Source: a virus (taxonomy: Duplodnaviria; Caudoviricetes). Taken from it: a DNA stretch of 64,000 nt. A program made the position numbers and the translations under genes. Below the pieces are notes generated by a model, which did no database searches, had not been told where the DNA came from, and worked only from the letters and a program-made list of their open reading frames with translations. The stretch is from the IMG/VR virus record IMGVR_UViG_3300047160_011027, positions 1,510 to 65,509 of that record. One strand, 5' to 3'. This document shows positions 36,097-44,677 of this stretch, one piece after another; position 1 is the stretch's first letter; the number at the start of each line of letters is the position of its first letter.

Positions 36097-36417
36097 ATGC
36101 CTACGATTTCGGCTGTGCTGCAGGGAGTGCTCGCCGTCATCGACTGGGGTCAGGCGGGCATCCTTTTCGGCGTTAGTGTCATTGCCGCGTTCGCGCTCAA
36201 GTTCGTGCCATGGGTGACCCGTTCGGGTATAGAGGACGTAGTCAAGAAAGAACTGCATCCGTTCTACGACCGGCTACACCGGCACCTCCAGGACGAGGAA
36301 GCCGAGCTACGGAACATCCACAAGCAGCTCGCCAAGCTACAAGACCGCAAAAACACCGAACATGACCAGATCTGGGCCGCGATCGATGAACTGAGGCGGC
36401 GTGGTAGCGATTCGTGA
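36097..36417 (+). CDS. Membrane protein of lysis cassette
   Basis: N-terminal TM then coiled coil; position before holin/endolysin. Confidence 0.6.
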   Translation: MPTISAVLQGVLAVIDWGQAGILFGVSVIAAFALKFVPWVTRSGIEDVVKKELHPFYDRLHRHLQDEEAELRNIHKQLAKLQDRKNTEHDQIWAAIDELRRRGSDS

Positions 36418-37084
36418 GATGTTCGACAAGACGTTCATCCCACGGGTACTCATCGCGCTCGCAGTCATCCTGCCGGTGTTCGTCTTCTGGTCGGATGCGC
36501 AGCAGTCTCGAGAACGAGCTGCCCGCTCGGCGAGCATCGCGGCCGCGTCTGCAGCCGAGGCCCGGGCCATCAACGAGGAACGCAACGATCGCCTCATTGC
36601 CGCCTGCAAATTCGCCAATAGTCGTAACGAGAAAAACATGCGCGATGAGCTCGCCGCGGTGCAGACGCAGCGGAAACTCCTGCTGACGCTCAGCGCGTCC
36701 ATTCCGCCTGACGCGCTCAAGCGAGCGTTCGAGCTCCTGGACGCGGAGGAGAAACAGATCAAGGCGTCGTCGAAGACGCTGACGTGTACGCCGGCGGCGC
36801 TCGGGCTCGTCATTATCCCGACGATGACGACGACAACCGCGCCGCGTAGTGCTGCGCCGGCCGCGACTGAGGCGGGAACGGTGCCTCCCGCCTCGACGCC
36901 TGTTCCGACGACCGCGCGGACGCCGCCGACACATCCGGGGAGTCAGGAGACGACGACGAGCACGATCCCAAAAGGCCGCCGCCGACGACGGCACCCTGTA
37001 CCCCGCCCGATCATGGCAACGGCAAGGATCGCAAGTGCGAACACCGCCACTAGGCGCTCGGCGGCGAATACGATTCAGGCATGA
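36401..37084 (+). CDS. Membrane-anchored coiled-coil protein with Thr/Pro-rich tail (lysis cassette); possible -1 frameshift variant ending at 37053
   Basis: Single TM, two Cys, T/P-rich stretch; CCCAAAA at 36967-36973. Confidence 0.65.
   Translation: MVAIREMFDKTFIPRVLIALAVILPVFVFWSDAQQSRERAARSASIAAASAAEARAINEERNDRLIAACKFANSRNEKNMRDELAAVQTQRKLLLTLSASIPPDALKRAFELLDAEEKQIKASSKTLTCTPAALGLVIIPTMTTTTAPRSAAPAATEAGTVPPASTPVPTTARTPPTHPGSQETTTSTIPKGRRRRRHPVPRPIMATARIASANTATRRSAANTIQA
37069..37074 (+). promoter_or_regulatory. -10 element (TACGAT) of probable leaderless holin promoter
   Basis: ATG 37081 starts 7 nt after. Confidence 0.45.
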
Positions 37085-37320
37085 CGCTCACCGGCAAGGA
37101 AAAGGCGGCTCTCGCCTTCATCGTCACGTTCGTGCTCGGCCTGGTCGGGCAGATCGCGACGCAGCTGCAGCAGGGCCAATGGAACGCGCAGTCCTACTGG
37201 ACGCTCGGCGTCTGGATCGCCTCCACGCTCGGCGCCACGCTCGGCGTCTACTTCAAGGCGAACACCCCGCCCACGCCGCCGCCCGATCCGGCCCTCGTCG
37301 ACAAGCCGGCTGGTTCGTGA
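37081..37320 (+). CDS. Holin (two TM helices)
   Basis: KAALAFIVTFVLGL...LGVWIASTLGATLGVYFKAN.P; directly upstream of endolysin. Confidence 0.7.
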   Translation: MTLTGKEKAALAFIVTFVLGLVGQIATQLQQGQWNAQSYWTLGVWIASTLGATLGVYFKANTPPTPPPDPALVDKPAGS

Positions 37321-38117
37321 CGACCGGGCTCGATCTCGTCCATTCCTGCATCAGTCTCTTCAACACCGTCCATCCGTGGTATAGCCAGCTCGGCGACCGC
37401 TGCCATCCGGATATCACGCATCACTGTGACTGCTCCGGGCTGATCTCCTGGGCGCTGGAACATGACGGCGCCGGGATTGGCTGCACGAACTCCTGGGCGA
37501 TCGCCCAGCTCGGGCATCAGGATGGGCTCGGCATCCCGCTCGCGGAAGCAGCGACGATGCCGGGCGCGATCTTCGTGCTCGGCGCGAATGAAGGCCAGAC
37601 CGATATCAACGGCCTGGGACATACCGGGTTTTTCATCGGTGACGGCGTCCACACCGCCGAGGCGCGCGGGCATACCGCAGGCGTCGGGGTCTTCACGATC
37701 GACTCGCTCGGCGGGATCGACTACTGCATGAAGGCACCGAACGTCAGCTATGCGCCCACACCGCCGCCAGTCGTACAGCCGAAACAGATCCGAGGAGACG
37801 AGGCCATGATTCCGTTGCCCGAAACGAGCCGCACACCGATCGGGCAAGGCGCGTTCGCCGTTGCCGACTTCACGAACAACCGCGTCAAGCTCATCGGTGG
37901 CGGGATGTTGAAGGACTACCACCCCGATCACACGCACGCCGAGCAGGGCTACTGGTCGCCCCCAGCGTCAGCGACGGTGCCGGGCTGGCAGCTCATCGGC
38001 GTCGGCGACGGACGGCAGGACGTGAACCGCCCGGAGAACATCGTGGTGCTCGCCTACGAATATCCGAACGGCGGCACCGGCACCTATCGGGCCGAGATCG
38101 TCACCGATAAGCACTAA
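37317..38117 (+). CDS. Endolysin, NlpC/P60-type cysteine peptidase with C-terminal wall-binding region
   Basis: CDCSGLISWA catalytic Cys, GHTGFFIGDG...EARG His, Pro linker PTPPPVVQP. Confidence 0.8.
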   Translation: MTTGLDLVHSCISLFNTVHPWYSQLGDRCHPDITHHCDCSGLISWALEHDGAGIGCTNSWAIAQLGHQDGLGIPLAEAATMPGAIFVLGANEGQTDINGLGHTGFFIGDGVHTAEARGHTAGVGVFTIDSLGGIDYCMKAPNVSYAPTPPPVVQPKQIRGDEAMIPLPETSRTPIGQGAFAVADFTNNRVKLIGGGMLKDYHPDHTHAEQGYWSPPASATVPGWQLIGVGDGRQDVNRPENIVVLAYEYPNGGTGTYRAEIVTDKH

Positions 38118-39334
38118 ATCTCGTCGCTCTCCCAGGTTGGATCGCCGGTCGGTTCGGCATCGCCCGGGCCTTCGTGCCCAACCTGCCGACCGCGGACGCC
38201 CTCGATGATTCCTCGAGCGGTCGCGAGGCGTTCTTCCTTGGAGGCATCTTCGGCGGGCGACGTCGACGCGTCGGCGAGCGCTCGGAGTTCGCGGTATTCG
38301 TCATAGCTCAGGCGGCGTTTCGCGGCCGTTTCGTTCCAGCGTTCGCGCGGCTCGGGCCCGAGCGTCGAGAAGCGTTGTTTGAGTAACAACATCGCGCTCT
38401 GGCGGCCTTCTTCGCCGCCGCCCCAACCATGCTCGCGGGCCCAGAGATCGCGCTCCTGTTCCTCGGTGAGCTCGCCCATCTCTGGGCTCGTGGCGTCGGC
38501 GTCTGGCCCGTTGAGCGGGATGAGGAACGTATCGAGCAGGAGATACTTCAGGCTGGCCTGGAGCGCCTTGTTCGTCGCCTTGTCGGAAGAATCGAGCGCC
38601 TCGCCGCGCAGCACGGCTTCGACGCAATCCCCGGCCGGCCCGTAGAACGTCCAGCACACCTCAAGGAAAGCGTGTGTCTGTTTCCCGTGCTCGCGGTATT
38701 CGGCGGACTTGACCGTCGGGACCGCAATCACGCCGGCATCGGCCATCAGATCGTGCAGGGTGTCGAAGACATCGTCAATCGATCGTGAGGCGTAGTGCGA
38801 GTCGATGTTGCGCTGATTCTTGGCGATGGGGCCCACTTTCGCCATGACGTCGAGCAGGGCTACGTGGACGCTCGGAATCGTGGAAGCGATCGCGCGCGGA
38901 TGCGGATTTCTTTCCACCTCGGCGCGATATTCCTCCTCCCAGAGATGCGCATAGACGGCCGGATGTTCGATCGCGAGCTCGGCGAGAGTCGCCCGATCGA
39001 CCTCGGTCGCCCAGAGATGCGCATAGACGGCCGGATGTTCGATCGCGAGCTCGGCGAGAGTCGCCTGATCGACCTCGGTCGCCGTGACGACATAGCGCCG
39101 GATGGCGGCGCGATAGCCGTCGAGATCCTCATCGGAGAGGGCGGAGGAGGGGGGCAAGGCTGGGTTTGGGGTGCCCCCCTCCTCGCTCGGGCGCTCGCTG
39201 GGCGGGCGGGCTGCGAGCGCCTCGATCAATCGATCCTTCGGCCAGTTCTGATTCACGTCAATGCCCTCTTCGCGCGCCAACTCGATGAGCTGCGCGCGCG
39301 TGCCGCGTTGTAGATCTTCAAGCGTTCTGCTCAT
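38114..39334 (-). CDS. erf: ERF-family ssDNA-annealing protein with N-terminal Rho-N/HeH-like domain
   Basis: IAKNQRN....Y..RSIDDV...L...GV, F.GP.GD......GEA.DS.DKATNKAL..S.KY.L...F.IP...D.DA; N-terminal RAQLIELAREEGI...KDRLIEAL. Confidence 0.85.
   Translation of the reverse strand: MSRTLEDLQRGTRAQLIELAREEGIDVNQNWPKDRLIEALAARPPSERPSEEGGTPNPALPPSSALSDEDLDGYRAAIRRYVVTATEVDQATLAELAIEHPAVYAHLWATEVDRATLAELAIEHPAVYAHLWEEEYRAEVERNPHPRAIASTIPSVHVALLDVMAKVGPIAKNQRNIDSHYASRSIDDVFDTLHDLMADAGVIAVPTVKSAEYREHGKQTHAFLEVCWTFYGPAGDCVEAVLRGEALDSSDKATNKALQASLKYLLLDTFLIPLNGPDADATSPEMGELTEEQERDLWAREHGWGGGEEGRQSAMLLLKQRFSTLGPEPRERWNETAAKRRLSYDEYRELRALADASTSPAEDASKEERLATARGIIEGVRGRQVGHEGPGDAEPTGDPTWESDEI
38939..39082. 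repeat. 72-bp tandem duplication inside erf
   Basis: Copies 38939-39010 and 39011-39082 differ at one base (ATEVDQ/R ATLAELAIEHPAVYAHLW twice). Confidence 0.95.
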
Positions 39335-39641
39335 AATCCTGTTCCTCTCTCGGAGCGGGGAGATCGCTGTCGGGATCGATCTCCTCCCAGACACCTATGC
39401 GAACGGTCGGTTCGGCACCAATCGGAGAGCCAGCCCGCAGCGTCGTCCGCCAGACGCCGAGTAGGCGGTGATGACGCGGGAACTTGCGGAGATTCCGAAT
39501 CCAATCTGCCGCCAGCTGTGCATCGGCGAAGAACCGAGTCCGCACGCGTTCGGTCTTCGGAACGGGATCGGGCCAGCCGGTGCGCATGGCAGCGCACACG
39601 CGTAGCATTTCCGACGGCAAGGGCGGTAGCCGATCAGCCAC
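39318..39641 (-). CDS. Hypothetical protein
   Basis: GTG start overlapping upstream stop; ends overlapping erf start. Confidence 0.55.
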   Translation of the reverse strand: MADRLPPLPSEMLRVCAAMRTGWPDPVPKTERVRTRFFADAQLAADWIRNLRKFPRHHRLLGVWRTTLRAGSPIGAEPTVRIGVWEEIDPDSDLPAPREEQDYEQNA

Positions 39642-39906
39642 GAGCGCCTCGGCGTCCGTCGCCGGCGACGAGCGGCCGGCTGCGTTCTTCCTCATCGGCC
39701 CGCAAGAGCGCACGCACGAGCCGGCGCGTCTCCTCGGACGGAGCGTTCACCTCGGCCGCGCGCGCGAGCGCCCGCCATTCGGCGTCGGTGAAGGCCCGGG
39801 CGATCTCCGTCGAGGCGCCTGCCTCGAGAAGCAAATCGGCGAGTGCGCGGGCCTTGCGAGAGCGCGCCCGCTGCGCATATTCGTTGTGAGCAAAGTCCGC
39901 AGCCAT
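39634..39906 (-). CDS. Conserved actinophage hypothetical protein
   Basis: R.RKARALAD.L.....W..LA..A....PS.ETR..V pattern; AGGGGA SD. Confidence 0.6.
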   Translation of the reverse strand: MAADFAHNEYAQRARSRKARALADLLLEAGASTEIARAFTDAEWRALARAAEVNAPSEETRRLVRALLRADEEERSRPLVAGDGRRGARG

Positions 39907-39957
39907 ATCTAATCCCCTGTTGGGTGTTACATTAGCAGCCGCCTGTGACACTTTCGC

Positions 39958-39986
39958 TGGACGCTGGCGCAGGCTGGGTCTATCTT
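39958..39986 (+). promoter_or_regulatory. sigma70/SigA-type promoter for the replication/modification operon
   Basis: TGGACG-N17-TATCTT in the divergent intergenic region. Confidence 0.55.
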
Positions 39987-40013
39987 CGGACTCCGAACCG
40001 AAGGGGGAATGCC

Positions 40014-40820
40014 ATGGCGGAAGCCCGCATTGACGCGTTCTCGCGTCTCAACGCGCTGGAACGGAAGGCTGAGAAACACGAAGGCCCGGCCAGTGATATC
40101 CGCTGGGAACAGGCCGAGGAGGTTGCTGGGCTGCTCGACCAGGGCTACAGCGAGCGCATCGTGGCCGACGGCTGGCTCAACGCCCGGATAGGGCAGCCAT
40201 ATAGCCGTGCCCACGTCCGGCTCACTTATCGCGCCTGGCGCGAGTTTGGGCACCTAGGTGCCCAGGAGCGACCGCGATGGAACGACGCCTATCACTCACC
40301 GAAAGTCCGCGACGGCGAACCGCACGTCACCTTCAATTCGGGTGAGGAGGAGTGGTACACGCCGACAGAGGTCGTTGAGCTCGTCCGTCGTGTGCTCGGC
40401 GATATCGACCTCGACCCTTGTTCAACCGCCGAGGCGAACAAGCTCGTCGGCGCCCGCAAATTCTTCACCAAAGAACAGGACGGCCTTCGGCAGCAATGGC
40501 GGGGCCGGGTGTTCATGAACCCGCCCTACGGGTCGAGTCTATGGGAATGGGCCGAGAAGTTCGCCGAATCATTCACCGACGGTGATGTGACTCAAGGTTG
40601 TGTGCTTGTCAACAACGCGACCGAGACTGGCTGGTTCGCCAAGCTTGCCGAGGTCGCTGGCGCGCTGTGTTTCACCGCGCAGCGGTTGCGTTATTGGCAT
40701 CCCGACCGGGACGATACGGCGACGGGCCTACAGGGCCAGGCTGTTCTCTATTTCGGCGAGAACGTCGAGGTTTTCGCCCGCGAGTTCGTGACGCTTGGCA
40801 CAGTCTGGTTGCCGGCGTGA
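40014..40820 (+). CDS. Phage DNA N6-adenine methyltransferase (Dam_phage family)
   Basis: EWYTP, DIDLDPCS..AN, DGL.Q.W.GRVFMNPPYG, LVNNATETGWF. Confidence 0.9.
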   Translation: MAEARIDAFSRLNALERKAEKHEGPASDIRWEQAEEVAGLLDQGYSERIVADGWLNARIGQPYSRAHVRLTYRAWREFGHLGAQERPRWNDAYHSPKVRDGEPHVTFNSGEEEWYTPTEVVELVRRVLGDIDLDPCSTAEANKLVGARKFFTKEQDGLRQQWRGRVFMNPPYGSSLWEWAEKFAESFTDGDVTQGCVLVNNATETGWFAKLAEVAGALCFTAQRLRYWHPDRDDTATGLQGQAVLYFGENVEVFAREFVTLGTVWLPA

Positions 40821-41239
40821 GCGTTCTTGATGGCCCCCAATCCTTCGACATCTGCCTTGATTACGGCAAGGATGGCGAGCATTACGTCGATTCGCTGCTC
40901 GCTCATCTCTGGGGCTGCGAATCCTGTGAAGTGAAAACCGATAGGCGTTGCTTGGAGACGGGCAACATTTTCATCGAATACGAAGCGTGGTCGAATCGCA
41001 CAGCGCGCTATGAGCCGAGCGGTATAGCGACATCAACCGCTCACCTCTGGGCGTTCGTACTTTCGGACACGGGTGTTGTGTTTATCTTCCCGACCGAAAA
41101 ACTACGCTGGCTTGCCCGTATGGCATGGCGAGACGAGGGGCGACGACGCGAACAAGGTCTTCCGCCGAACCCGACCCGCGGTGTCGTCATCTCACTGGCG
41201 CAGCTTGTGCAGAAGTCGGGGGAAATGTCCTGGGAATGA
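40817..41239 (+). CDS. PD-(D/E)xK-like nuclease-fold protein
   Basis: CEVKTD....TGNIFIEY...SGI.TS.A..WAF. Confidence 0.55.
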   Translation: MSVLDGPQSFDICLDYGKDGEHYVDSLLAHLWGCESCEVKTDRRCLETGNIFIEYEAWSNRTARYEPSGIATSTAHLWAFVLSDTGVVFIFPTEKLRWLARMAWRDEGRRREQGLPPNPTRGVVISLAQLVQKSGEMSWE

Positions 41240-41316
41240 GAGACGCCCGGGCTGCAGATTCCCGGGCGGTCTCACCGAACATGCTGAATCACAAAATCTA
41301 AGGGGGACTCAGCAAC

Positions 41317-42087
41317 ATGGAAACTACCACGCCGAGTGGCGAACTCCCAGACGAATCGGCTGTCGCGTGGGCTGAGCGCGAGCCAGCATTCGCGATCGTG
41401 CCTGATTGGCTTATCTGGGCGGAAGTTAGCGACCGTGCGGTGCGCGTCTACGCGGCGCTCGCCCGCTATGCCGACAAGGACGGACGCTGCTTCCCGGGCC
41501 GCAAGGGACTTGCGCAGCGGCTCGGCTGCTCGGTGGACACCCTCGACCGGGCTGTCGCCGAACTGGAAGCTGTCGGCGCGGTTCGGCGTCAGGGTCGGTT
41601 TCGCAAGGACCGCTCACAGACCAGCAATATCTACCGGCTCTATCGGACGCCGGTCTCGGACGACGACGATGATGATTCTGCGCCGGGTAGCCGCGATTCT
41701 GCGGCTATCGATCGCCGCGTGGACGCGGCACCAATTAACGAGAACCAAGAAGAACGAGAATCACTTACCCGCGTCGCTCTTTCAGAGCGAAAGACGCGAC
41801 CAAGGAACGAACTGTGGGACGCGATCGCGCGCGCGTGTTCGCTTCCTCTTGAGAGCAGCCGACTGACGAAAAGTGCGCAGGGCATGCTCGTGCGGGCGAC
41901 AGCTGAAATCAAAGCGGCGGGCGGTACACCGGCGCAGGTCGGCCAGGCAGCCGAGGCATACCGGCGAGAGTTCCGGGGTGCAACGTTGACCCCGACAGCG
42001 CTGGCGAAGTGGTGGCCGAGGTTCGCTAGCGACGAACAGGACGACGATTACCGAAGCGCGGCCGACAGGCTTCAGGACATTCGGTGA
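41317..42087 (+). CDS. HTH replication initiator
   Basis: FAIVPDW..SDRAVRVYAALARYAD...CFPGRKGLAQRLGCSVDTLDRAVAELE..G..SN.Y.L. Confidence 0.8.
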   Translation: METTTPSGELPDESAVAWAEREPAFAIVPDWLIWAEVSDRAVRVYAALARYADKDGRCFPGRKGLAQRLGCSVDTLDRAVAELEAVGAVRRQGRFRKDRSQTSNIYRLYRTPVSDDDDDDSAPGSRDSAAIDRRVDAAPINENQEERESLTRVALSERKTRPRNELWDAIARACSLPLESSRLTKSAQGMLVRATAEIKAAGGTPAQVGQAAEAYRREFRGATLTPTALAKWWPRFASDEQDDDYRSAADRLQDIR

Positions 42088-43358
42088 GCGTCCCTCACAA
42101 CCTCGAAGCCGAAGAATCCCTGCTCGGCAGCATGCTGCTCAGTCCCGAGGCGATTCGGGTGGCGCTCGACCTGCTCGACGCTGCCGATTTCTACAAGCCG
42201 ATTCACCAGTTGGTCTTCGGCGCGATCGCGGCGCTGCACGCGCGGGAGAAACCGGTCGATCCGGTGATTGTGGCGGCCGAGCTCGCCCCGCGAGTCAATC
42301 TCGGCGATCTCCTGGCGATCCAGGCGGGGACGCCGGCAAGCGTGAACGCGCCGCGTTATGCCGAGATCGTCGCTCGAGACGCGGCGCGACGACGGGCGCT
42401 CGGCTTCGCCGCCGATCTGCGGGAGACGGCATCGGCGGGCGATCCCGACGAACTAATCGAACTTCTGCGCGCGGCGGAATCCCGCCTGATGCCGCCCTCG
42501 GCGCATGTCCAGCCCGGCGTGGACGTCGGCGATCTCGTCGCTCAGGGCGAGATCGATCCGCCCGAGTGGGCGATCCGCGACGTGCTATCGGTGGGCGAGG
42601 CGGTCATCATCACCGGGGGCGAGGGCCACGGCAAGACGACGCTGCTCCGCCAGCTCGCCATGCAGGTCGCCTTCGGACGCCACCCCTGGCAGCGCACGAA
42701 CGAGACGCCCCGGCGCGTGCTCTACATCGACTTGCAAGATCCGGTGCGCCACGTGCGATCGCAGTTCGCCCGCTTCCTCGACGGGCCCGCCCGGGGCTAC
42801 GAACGAGGATCGGGCTGGCTGTCGATCGTCGCCCGCCCGAACGGGATGGATCTCTGTAGCCCTCAGGACGCCCGCTGGCTGGACGCGCTCGTCGCGACGC
42901 ATAATCCCGCCCTCGTCTGCCTCGGGCCGATCTACCGGGCCTATCGGGGCCAGGACGGGGCGAATAAGGCGTCGGAGGAGACCGCCGACGTCGTGACGGA
43001 CGTCTTCGCCCGTCTCATGGTGCGAAGGAGCTGTGCGCTGATCCTGGAGGCGCACACGGTGCATGACGGCGAGAAGGCGGACTACCGCCCGCGCGGCTCA
43101 CGGCTGTGGGAGGGCTGGCCCGCCTTCGGATTCGGGCTGATGCCGCCGAAGAGCCGCAGCGGCCCGGAGGAGGAAGAGGGCAAGCGTTCGGCCCGTTACC
43201 GCCTCGTGCGCTGGCGCGGCCAGCGCGATCGCGATCGTCCCTGGCCCGAGCATCTTCTCGCCCTAGGGTTCAGCCGTGGCGGATGGCCCTGGGTTCCCCC
43301 GGCTTCCGATGCCTCGACCGTCGATACGACGACGGGCACGCAGGACGAGGTCTTCTGA
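42084..43358 (+). CDS. DnaB-like N-terminal domain + RecA-family (AAA_25) helicase
   Basis: PHNLEAEESLLGSMLL...DFY...HQ.VF; Walker A GGEGHGKTT; RP.GS..WEGWP.FG. Confidence 0.85.
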   Translation: MSVPHNLEAEESLLGSMLLSPEAIRVALDLLDAADFYKPIHQLVFGAIAALHAREKPVDPVIVAAELAPRVNLGDLLAIQAGTPASVNAPRYAEIVARDAARRRALGFAADLRETASAGDPDELIELLRAAESRLMPPSAHVQPGVDVGDLVAQGEIDPPEWAIRDVLSVGEAVIITGGEGHGKTTLLRQLAMQVAFGRHPWQRTNETPRRVLYIDLQDPVRHVRSQFARFLDGPARGYERGSGWLSIVARPNGMDLCSPQDARWLDALVATHNPALVCLGPIYRAYRGQDGANKASEETADVVTDVFARLMVRRSCALILEAHTVHDGEKADYRPRGSRLWEGWPAFGFGLMPPKSRSGPEEEEGKRSARYRLVRWRGQRDRDRPWPEHLLALGFSRGGWPWVPPASDASTVDTTTGTQDEVF

Positions 43359-44677
43359 TGCGCGTGCTTGATCTCTTCTGCGGCATGGGCGGCTGGGACG
43401 AGGCGGCGCGCGAGCTCGGGATCGACGCAATCGGCATCGACTCCGACGCGGCGGCATGCCGCGTCAATGCTGCAGCTGGCGGCCGGCCCGTGCTGGCCGA
43501 TGTTGCCGCGCTGGAACCCCACCGTTTCGGAGCTCTCGATGGTCTGATCGCTTCGCCGCCGTGTACCGATTTCTCCGCCGCGGGCAAACGGGCCGGCATC
43601 GCCGGCGAGACGGGGCATCTGATCTTCGAGGTGCCGCGCTTCGCCGAGGCCCTTCGTCCCCGCTGGATCGTCTGCGAACAGGTGCCCGCGGTACTGGAAT
43701 GGTGGGAACGCATCGGCCGCGGGCTCGGCGCGCGCGGCTATCACTGGTGGGCCGGCATCCTGAACGCGGCCGACTACGGCGTGGCGCAGACGCGCCAGCG
43801 CGCGTTCCTCATCGCTTCGCTCGAGTCCGAACCTCGGCCGCCCGCCCCGACGCACGCGCGCCATCCGCAGGCGCCGCTCTTCGGCGACGAACTCCTGCCG
43901 TGGGTTTCCATGGCGCAAGCGCTCGGCTGGGGCGCGCTCGACTGCGCGAGCCCGACGGTGACGTCCGGAGGCACGGGCTCGGGCGGCGGCGTCGAGCCCA
44001 TCGGGAACTTCGGACGGGAACTGCTCAATCGGGAACGGGCCAAGGGCCGCTGGGTCAACACGCGCGGCGAGCGCAAGACGCAGGGTGGGCACGGCTTCGA
44101 TCCCGGCGATCCGTCCTGGGCGCTTTCGACGCGGAGCTACTCCTGGAAACTGCAGACCGGGAACAACAGCCACGTCACGAGCCGCACGGGATCGAAGGCG
44201 GGCGAGGGCGGCGTGGAGCTCTACGAACGCCCGATCAGCGAACCGGCGCCGACGCTCGATGCCAAGGCGGGCGCGGCCTGGCGCGTGATCGGCGTCAACA
44301 CCGGACGTGACTGGAAGACAGGCGGCACGCGGGAGGACGCGCAAATCGTCTCACCCGACGAACCGGCGTCCGCGATCGACGGCAAGGGCCGCTGGCACGC
44401 GCTCGTGGCGCAAGGCGTCTGGCCCGAGGATCGTCCCGCCACCACGCTGAGCTCGAAACCAGCGGTGCCGGCGCCGGGCCATCGCGATCGGGCCGGGGGC
44501 GAGCGACAGTTCGCGGAGAAAGCGATCCGGCTCGGCATCGTGGACGCGCTCATCCTGCAGGGATTTCCGGCCTGGTATCCGATCGAGGCGGCCGGGGGAA
44601 AGACGAAACAATTCGAATGCGTCGGCAACGCGGTGCCGCCCCCGATCGCTCGACGAGTCCTGGAGTCGGTGCTGTGA
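43358..44677 (+). CDS. C5 cytosine DNA methyltransferase
   Basis: DLFCGMGG (I), SPPCTDFS (IV), CEQV (VI variant), QTRQRAF (VIII), GNAV (X). Confidence 0.92.
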   Translation: MRVLDLFCGMGGWDEAARELGIDAIGIDSDAAACRVNAAAGGRPVLADVAALEPHRFGALDGLIASPPCTDFSAAGKRAGIAGETGHLIFEVPRFAEALRPRWIVCEQVPAVLEWWERIGRGLGARGYHWWAGILNAADYGVAQTRQRAFLIASLESEPRPPAPTHARHPQAPLFGDELLPWVSMAQALGWGALDCASPTVTSGGTGSGGGVEPIGNFGRELLNRERAKGRWVNTRGERKTQGGHGFDPGDPSWALSTRSYSWKLQTGNNSHVTSRTGSKAGEGGVELYERPISEPAPTLDAKAGAAWRVIGVNTGRDWKTGGTREDAQIVSPDEPASAIDGKGRWHALVAQGVWPEDRPATTLSSKPAVPAPGHRDRAGGERQFAEKAIRLGIVDALILQGFPAWYPIEAAGGKTKQFECVGNAVPPPIARRVLESVL

